From positions 145,563 through 209,562 of the forward strand of contig JADJCX010000006.1 of assembly GCA_016703005.1 (NCBI GenBank): 64,000 nucleotides of DNA, given 5' to 3'. Source of the DNA: Flavobacteriales bacterium (GTDB lineage Bacteria > Bacteroidota > Bacteroidia > Flavobacteriales_F > PHOS-HE28). The position numbers and the translations under genes were made by a program. Positions 58,300 to 64,000 of this stretch are shown piece after piece; the stretch's first letter is position 1, and the number at the start of each line of letters is the position of its first letter. Below the pieces are notes generated by a model that worked only from the letters and a program-made list of their open reading frames with translations, had not been told where the DNA came from and made no database searches.

Positions 58300-58974
58300 A
58301 TGAAGTTCTTCATCGATACCGCCAGTCTCGCGCAGATACGCGAAGCCCATGAATTGGGCGTGCTGGATGGCGTTACCACTAATCCCAGCTTGATGGCCAA
58401 GGAAGGCATCAGCGGTGAGCAACGGGTTCAACAGCACTACATCGACATCTGCAATACCGTTGACGGGGACGTTAGCGCGGAAGTGATCTCGACCGACTTC
58501 ACAGGGATCGTTACGGAAGGAGAACGACTGGCCGCGCTGCATCCGAACATCGTGGTGAAAGTGCCCATGATCAAGGAGGGCGTGAAGGCGATCAAGTACT
58601 TCACGGGCAAAGGCATCAAGACCAACTGCACGCTGGTCTTCGGAGCTGGACAAGCACTTCTCGCCGCGAAAGCCGGAGCAACTTATGTTTCACCGTTCAT
58701 CGGTCGGTTGGACGATATCAGCCAAGACGGTGTTCAATTGATCGCTCAGATCCGCCGCATCTACGACAACTACGGAATGTCAACCCAGATCTTGGCTGCC
58801 AGCATCCGTCATCCCTTGCATATTGTGCAGTGTGCTGAGCTCGGTGCCGATGTTGCAACATGCCCGCTCAGCGCCATCACCGCGCTGTTCAATCATCCAC
58901 TGACGGATTCGGGCTTGGAGAAATTCCTTGCTGATCACAAGAAGGCACAAGCAGCAACGGAAAAGGTCAAGTGA
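58300..58974 (+). CDS. fsa: fructose-6-phosphate aldolase / transaldolase family protein
   Basis: ATG at 58300 ([15 protein letters not shown]). Motifs: [12 protein letters not shown], the Schiff-base Lys context IVVKVPM, and [11 protein letters not shown]. Confidence 0.9.
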   Translation: MKFFIDTASLAQIREAHELGVLDGVTTNPSLMAKEGISGEQRVQQHYIDICNTVDGDVSAEVISTDFTGIVTEGERLAALHPNIVVKVPMIKEGVKAIKYFTGKGIKTNCTLVFGAGQALLAAKAGATYVSPFIGRLDDISQDGVQLIAQIRRIYDNYGMSTQILAASIRHPLHIVQCAELGADVATCPLSAITALFNHPLTDSGLEKFLADHKKAQAATEKVK

Positions 58975-59603
58975 GCGTAGCGACGTTGTTGGCGGTGCAT
59001 CCGATAGACCCGGAACCGCGGAAGATCAAAGAGGCGGTTGCCGTATTGAACAGCGGCGGGGTGCTGATCGTACCTACCGATGCTGTGTATGCTTTCGTTT
59101 GTAGCGCCAAGCAACCACGCGCGGTGGAGCAGGTGGCTGCGCTGAAGGGTGTCAGGCCTGAAAAAGCCGAGCTTTCATTGATCTGTAGGGATCTCAGTGA
59201 TGCTTCAACCTATGCACGGCAAATGGACACGGGTGTTTTCAGAATGATGAAGCGCGCGCTGCCCGGCCCGTACACCTTCATTCTGCCCGCTACTGCTGAA
59301 GTCCCGAACATTTTCAAAGTGAAGCGTCGGACGGTAGGCATTCGAGTGCCGGCCAGCCCCATCCTTCAAGGCATTCTGGAAGAACTCGGCCACCCGTTGG
59401 TTGCGGCATCGGTACACGATACCGACCCGTTCATCACACACCCAAGTGATGCTGAGGCGATCCATGAGCAGTTCGCTTCAAAGGTTGACCTGATCATCGA
59501 TGGCGGACCAAGTGGGGTGGTAGGAAGCACGGTCATTGATGCTACGGGGCCGGAGCCTCGTCTGATCCGTGAAGGATTGGGATCACTGCACGGGATCCTT
59601 TGA
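58971..59603 (+). CDS. tsaC: L-threonylcarbamoyladenylate synthase (YrdC/TsaC family)
   Basis: The GTG start overlaps the fsa stop. YrdC-domain motifs: [26 protein letters not shown] and RRTVGIRVP. Confidence 0.85.
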   Translation: MSVATLLAVHPIDPEPRKIKEAVAVLNSGGVLIVPTDAVYAFVCSAKQPRAVEQVAALKGVRPEKAELSLICRDLSDASTYARQMDTGVFRMMKRALPGPYTFILPATAEVPNIFKVKRRTVGIRVPASPILQGILEELGHPLVAASVHDTDPFITHPSDAEAIHEQFASKVDLIIDGGPSGVVGSTVIDATGPEPRLIREGLGSLHGIL

Positions 59604-59609
59604 ACACGG

Positions 59610-61133
59610 TCAACTCGTTATCTCCCGCCACGCATCGGGCAACAGCCGAACGATGTCCATGGCGGTCATCCCTTCGCGACCTATGCGCTCAGCGGCCAGT
59701 TCACCGGCACGGCCGTGAATGAAGGTTCCGAGGATCCCCGCTGAAACTGGGCCGATCCCACGCGCCAACAACCCGGTGAGGAGCCCGGTCAACACATCTC
59801 CACTCCCGCCCTTTGCCATTCCTGGATCGCCAGTGGGATTGAAATAAACCTTGCCGCTTGGAGCGCAGACAGCTGTATATGCCCCTTTGAGCACAATGAC
59901 AAGTCCACGTTTGCGCGCCTCTTCACAAGCACGCGCGATCCTTTCGCGACTGGTGTTGTGTTGACCGAACAACCTGTCGAATTCCTTTGGATGCGGGGTG
60001 AGCATGGTGCCTTCCTTCAGAAAAGCCAGCCACGTTCGGTTCTCGGAGAGCGTATTCAAGGCATCCGCATCCAGCACCAAAGGCACAAGCGCCTCCTGGA
60101 TCAGCAGTTTCAGCATACCACCGCTGTTCAGGCCTAGCCCCGGTCCTACACCGATGCCGGAATATGCTTTCAGATCAGGAAGCGAACTGATGTCCACATG
60201 GTTCTCATCAGCAATGCAGATCGCTTCGGGCGCCGATCCTTGTATGATCTGAACGCCACAACCCGGTGCATGAGCAGTGACCAGGCCAGTGCCGCTTCGC
60301 AAGGCGGCATTCACTGCGAGCACGGCGGCGCCTATCATGCTCTGACTTCCACCGATCAACAACGCATGGCCGTGGCGGCCTTTGTGGTCGAACCGGCCAC
60401 GATGCGGTACCAAAGCCCGCACATCCGCGGACTCTATCAACTGCAAATCGCTATCGAGACCGCGCAGAAAACCGACATCCATGCCGAGCGAGAGCACGAC
60501 AGGATCACCAACATGATCAGCGCACTCGCTGTAGAAGAAGGCCGGTTTGGGGCACTGGAATGTCAGCGTGTGTGTGGCGCGCACCGTTCCGGGCGCGTCA
60601 GCAATAACTCCATCTGCGGACAGTCCCGAGGGCAGGTCCACTGAAATGATGGGCGACCGTGACGTATTCATCCGCTCCACGAGCGCCTTTGCTGATCCGT
60701 GCAGCGGCTTGTTCAGGCCCGTCCCGAACAACGCGTCGATAAGGATCCGTCCTGGTTCGTAGCCTCCAGAAGATCCTCAAAACCGTGGCCCGCACTCAAG
60801 TTCATCATCGGAGCCAGTTGGCAGTCTCTGCACATTCTCCTCATAATCGGGAGGACTCGCTCCATCACCGACCACATACACCCTTACGGTGCGCCCGGCG
60901 ATATGCAGCATTCGAGCGATCGCAAGCCCGTCACCGCCATTGTTCCCCGGACCGCAGAAGACCTCATAGCGCGGCACTTGGACTCCGCCCAAGAGTTGCT
61001 GTTCATGTTCTACAAGCCAACCAACACATGCCCTTGCGGCACGCTCCATTAGGTCGATCGATGTGATCGGTTCATGCTCTATGGTGTGCTGATCCGCCGC
61101 GCGCATCTGATCGGCTTCAAGGATCGGTATCAT
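59610..61133 (-). pseudogene. nnr: bifunctional NAD(P)H-hydrate repair enzyme Nnr (epimerase + dehydratase), interrupted
   Basis: The YjeF_N part (GPGNNGGDGLAIA) is in ORF 60777-61196. The dehydratase part (HKGRHGHALLIGGS, GGSGDVLTG) is in ORF 59610-60731. They are in the same frame and separated by TGA 60777-79, with a GC3-rich alternative frame in between. Confidence 0.8.
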
Positions 61134-61211
61134 GCCGACCAAGTTAGGCGCACCCAAAAACAAGAACCCCCCGGCTTTCGCCGAGGGGTTCCGCAATGCT
61201 ATTCCTTCTGC

Positions 61212-62018
61212 TTACTGGAAGTAGAAGTTGATGCCTACGCTACCGCCGGTCACACCGGTGTCGATACCGAAGTCGAACTCCTTGGTGCCGCCATCAACCG
61301 TGGTGGTAACCACGCTGGTGCCGTCCCATGTCTCGCTCGTGTTGCTCGTGTGTCCCGTGCTGCTGAGCATGAGACCCCAGGTGTACTCACCGCTCAAGCT
61401 CACTTTCGGAGCACAGAACCACTCAACGCCTACGAAAGCGCCTACACCGAAACCGAAGGTGCTACCACCTTTCGACTCCGTAACGCGACCCGAAACCGGG
61501 TTGTCAGCGCTTGCGGCGTTGCCGTACTCATACTTCGTGTTGCTGCTACCGAAAGCCAAGTAGGCCTCAGCACCATAAACACCCACAACGCGGGTGCTGC
61601 CGACACGATTTTCCATACCAACGCCCAACACCAAGTTGAACTGGCTGTTCTTCGTCACGTCATCAACGAGCGTACCGGCCGCTGCGTTCGGGTCAGTGCT
61701 AGGAACCAGATCGGTGTCTTTCTGGTTGCCGAAGCCGATACGCACCTTAGCGCGCAGCGCCTTGTTGGCAGCCGTCAGCTTCTTGCCTTGGATCGCGAAC
61801 CATGGGTTCGCCCACGTCAGGCCACCTCCAATGTTGTTACCGGCGGTGCCGTTGAACAAGTTTCCACCGTAATTGAGCAGTGGATTAGCATCGAATGTGA
61901 GGCCCCAATCGCCGTCTTGGGACAGCCAATTCTCACCCTTAGCGGAAGTGATCTCGCCGGTTTGGGCGATAGCAGCAGAGCTAAGGAGTGCTGCGGTGAA
62001 CAGTACAGTCTTTCTCAT
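61212..62018 (-). CDS. outer-membrane beta-barrel (porin-like) protein
   Basis: 268 aa with signal peptide MRKTVLFTAALLSSAAIAQ. It shows an alternating beta-strand pattern rich in G/N/T, and the aromatic C-terminus INFYFQ. Confidence 0.75.
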   Translation of the reverse strand: MRKTVLFTAALLSSAAIAQTGEITSAKGENWLSQDGDWGLTFDANPLLNYGGNLFNGTAGNNIGGGLTWANPWFAIQGKKLTAANKALRAKVRIGFGNQKDTDLVPSTDPNAAAGTLVDDVTKNSQFNLVLGVGMENRVGSTRVVGVYGAEAYLAFGSSNTKYEYGNAASADNPVSGRVTESKGGSTFGFGVGAFVGVEWFCAPKVSLSGEYTWGLMLSSTGHTSNTSETWDGTSVVTTTVDGGTKEFDFGIDTGVTGGSVGINFYFQ

Positions 62019-62097
62019 GTTGAACGTTTTGGTTTGACGTGTTGTGACTTAATTCTTGGTTTGTGATATTCCGACCAAAAGTAGATTTCAGCGGCGG

Positions 62098-62128
62098 CAA
62101 ACTTATACACGAAAGCTTCGGTTATCAA
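62098..62128 (-). promoter_or_regulatory. candidate Bacteroidota sigma-A promoter for the porin-like gene
   Basis: The minus strand reads TTG (62128-62126), then 20 nt, then TAAGTTTG (62105-62098). This matches the TTG-N19-21-TAnnTTTG consensus and lies about 80 nt upstream of the ATG at 62018. A second TAnnTTTG (TACTTTTG) is at 62083-62076. Confidence 0.35.
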
Positions 62129-62237
62129 CAGGTAGATCGTGAAATGCGATCCTTCATGCTCCATTCGTCGTCCCAAAGAACTCCTTGTCCGAAAAACCGG
62201 GGCGAATATAGGATTCACCCGATCCATGCATCGTTTC

Positions 62238-62888
62238 TCAAGGGACCCTGTTCTCGAGCATCGGCACAAAGCGGAACAACCCGTGATCCTCCACGGAATG
62301 CGCACCCTTCCCATCCGGCCGAATAAGCAACATGCGCTGATCATCCCCGACGCCTACCGGGATCACCATCCGTCCCTGCGGCTTCAGTTGATCCAACAGT
62401 GCTCTAGGCACGTCAGGTGCGCCACATGTGACCAAGACCCTGTCAAAGGGTGCGAACTGGGCAAGGCCTTTGAACCCATCACCGTATACGAGCAATGCCC
62501 TGTACCGCATTCGGTCCAGCCTCAACCGGGTGGCCAAGTGCAGTGGCTTATGGCGTTCGACCGAATGGACCTTTGCACCCAAAGTGCAAAGCACTGCGGT
62601 CTGGTAGCCACTACCGGTACCGATCTCAAGCACGTTCATTCCGGGCGAAACACCCAGCAATTGTGTCTGGAATGCTACCGTATAAGGTTGTGAGATCGTC
62701 TGCCCACTTCCAATAGGGAACGGCTTATCCTCATATGCAAACCTTTCGAATGCTGAGTCGTCGAAAAAGGCATGGCGCGGGATACTACCGATGGCGGCCA
62801 ATACCCGTTGGTCGACTATGCCCTTGCCTTCAAGGCTGGAAACGAGTTGCCTTCGCAGACCCTTGTATTTGTATGTATCGCCGACCAT
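62238..62888 (-). CDS. pcm: protein-L-isoaspartate O-methyltransferase
   Basis: ATG at 62888 (the ORF-track start at 62897 is TTG). Motifs: PFPIGSGQTISQPYTVA, the SAM motif VLEIGTGSGYQTAVL, and MVIPVG. Confidence 0.9.
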   Translation of the reverse strand: MVGDTYKYKGLRRQLVSSLEGKGIVDQRVLAAIGSIPRHAFFDDSAFERFAYEDKPFPIGSGQTISQPYTVAFQTQLLGVSPGMNVLEIGTGSGYQTAVLCTLGAKVHSVERHKPLHLATRLRLDRMRYRALLVYGDGFKGLAQFAPFDRVLVTCGAPDVPRALLDQLKPQGRMVIPVGVGDDQRMLLIRPDGKGAHSVEDHGLFRFVPMLENRVP

Positions 62889-62978
62889 GGTCGCCAAAAT
62901 TGCCCCATCCGGTGTAAGGTGAGCGCGGATCGTTCCGGTTACTTTCGCAACCCTTTTTCAACACCCCCTCCTACTATC

Positions 62979-63966
62979 ATGGGCGATCGGTTGCGCGTCG
63001 GCGTTCTGGGTGCAGGTCACCTTGGACGTATCCATGTGCAACAGTGGAAAGAGGTGCCCGGTGCTGAAGTGGTCGGTGTATTCGACCCACATCCGGAAAA
63101 GCGGGACGCCGTTGGACGTGAGTTCAATGTGCCCGTTTTCCCGGATCACCTATCGCTGTTGTCGGGTTGCGACGCCATGGATGTGGTTACCCCCACGATC
63201 AGTCATTACCAATGCGCTGCAGAAGCCATATCCGCTGGAAAGCATGTGTTCATTGAGAAGCCGATCACCCACACGTTGGTCGAAGCGGTTGAATTGATGG
63301 AGTTGGCCGATAAGGTGGGGGTTGTGACCCAAGTTGGCCATGTGGAGCGGTTCAACCCGGCTTTCATACACGCCAGACCGTGGATCAGCGACCCGATGTT
63401 CATTGAGTCGCATCGCTTAGCTGAATTCCAACCTCGCGGCACCGACGTCCCCGTAGTACTTGACTTGATGATCCATGATCTGGACATCGTCTTGAACGTT
63501 GTCCACAGTGCTGTCGTTGATGTGAGCGCAAGCGGCGTGGCAGTTCTGAGCGACTCACCCGATATCTGCAATGCGCGCATCGAATTCGAGAACGGCTGCG
63601 TGGCAAACCTCACTGCCAGCAGGATCAGTTTGAAGAAGATGCGAAAGAGCCGCTTCTTCCAGCGCGATGCCTACATCGCCGTTGATATGTTGGCCAAATC
63701 GGCTGAATTGGTGAAAATGAAGTCGGTTGTGGGCGAAAGCCGACCCCTTTGCCATGACGATCGACCTCGGCGAGCGAGGGTTGCGCGAGATCGGGTTCGA
63801 ACGCCCGGTTATCGCGGCCTCCAACGCCATACGTGACGAACTGAGTGCTTTTGTGGAAGCCGTTCGTGGGAACCGAGCGAGCGAGGTAACGCTATTGGAT
63901 GGGTATCGCGCACTCGAACTGGCCCACCGGGTGCTTGGTGCAATGAAGACAAGGACCCTTGTATGA
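62979..63966 (+). pseudogene. Gfo/Idh/MocA family oxidoreductase, frameshifted
   Basis: ATG at 62979 with the Rossmann motif LRVGVLGAGHLGRIH, and EKPIT. The C-terminal 79 aa (ADPFAMTIDLGERG...AMKTRTLV) continue in ORF 63727-63966. The frame change lies within about 63731-63742. Confidence 0.78.
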
Positions 63967-64000
63967 AGGCACATACTAAAAGGCCTTTCGCCTTCGTTCA

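Noticed and set aside
60777-60779. In-frame TGA in nnr considered as selenocysteine or programmed readthrough.
   Set aside because: I see no SECIS-like hairpin immediately downstream. The position is in a non-conserved linker. A GC3-rich alternative frame bounded by two short homopolymers explains the interruption more simply.
1-64000. Search for mobile elements, prophage, integrase/transposase genes, tRNA/rRNA genes, CRISPR arrays, or toxin-antitoxin or defence-system signatures.
   Set aside because: None of the ORFs carries recognisable DDE/tyrosine/serine recombinase, phage structural, Cas, restriction or TA motifs. I saw no cloverleaf-like tRNA sequence in the intergenic regions. The only compositionally odd segment (49.65-51.2 kb) has no mobility genes.

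Overview
High-GC chromosomal segment that looks like Bacteroidota: T9SS type A and type B C-terminal sorting domains, weak or absent Shine-Dalgarno sequences, and one TTG-N20-TAnnTTTG-like promoter. I count about 55 protein genes. I saw no rRNA, tRNA, CRISPR array, transposase or integrase. Gene content by region: (1) A translationally coupled suhB / small protein / GNAT / AlkD-like operon. (2) Several envelope efflux systems: MarR + RND adaptor/pump/TolC; two MacB/FtsX-type permeases; a MacA-like adaptor next to a broken ATPase gene; a TetR-controlled ABC/HlyD/TolC exporter; and an MMPL/RND-superfamily transporter. (3) A small stress cluster with Hsp20, a GreA/B-like factor and low-complexity small proteins. 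(4) Four T9SS cargo genes, including a surface protein of about 1,730 aa built from about 21 modules of roughly 70 aa, with four near-identical 417-bp tandem repeats. (5) Tandem lipoprotein paralogs. (6) A class III nucleotide cyclase directly upstream of a Na+/solute symporter. (7) trmD-rplS. (8) A divergent cyanophycin synthetase/cyanophycinase pair. (9) Housekeeping genes: fsa, tsaC, nnr, pcm, an SDR and a GT2. The points most worth a second look are as follows. First, the TetR-linked exporter has an ABC subunit that keeps Walker A but, by my by-eye alignment, lacks the Q-loop Gln, the LSGGQ signature, the catalytic Glu and the H-loop His; it is followed by an orphan 104-aa ORF and a TPR protein. 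Second, the 417-bp adhesin repeats are mosaic. Third, a short islet carrying a DUF4375 (DMP19-like) gene has atypical codon usage. Fourth, there are about 11 single-base indels, mostly in short homopolymers, plus one internal deletion of about 200 bp. These split otherwise normal genes and point to either an error-prone assembly or real gene decay. I found no clearly novel multi-gene system such as a defence island. All family assignments come from motif recognition by eye, not from database searches.
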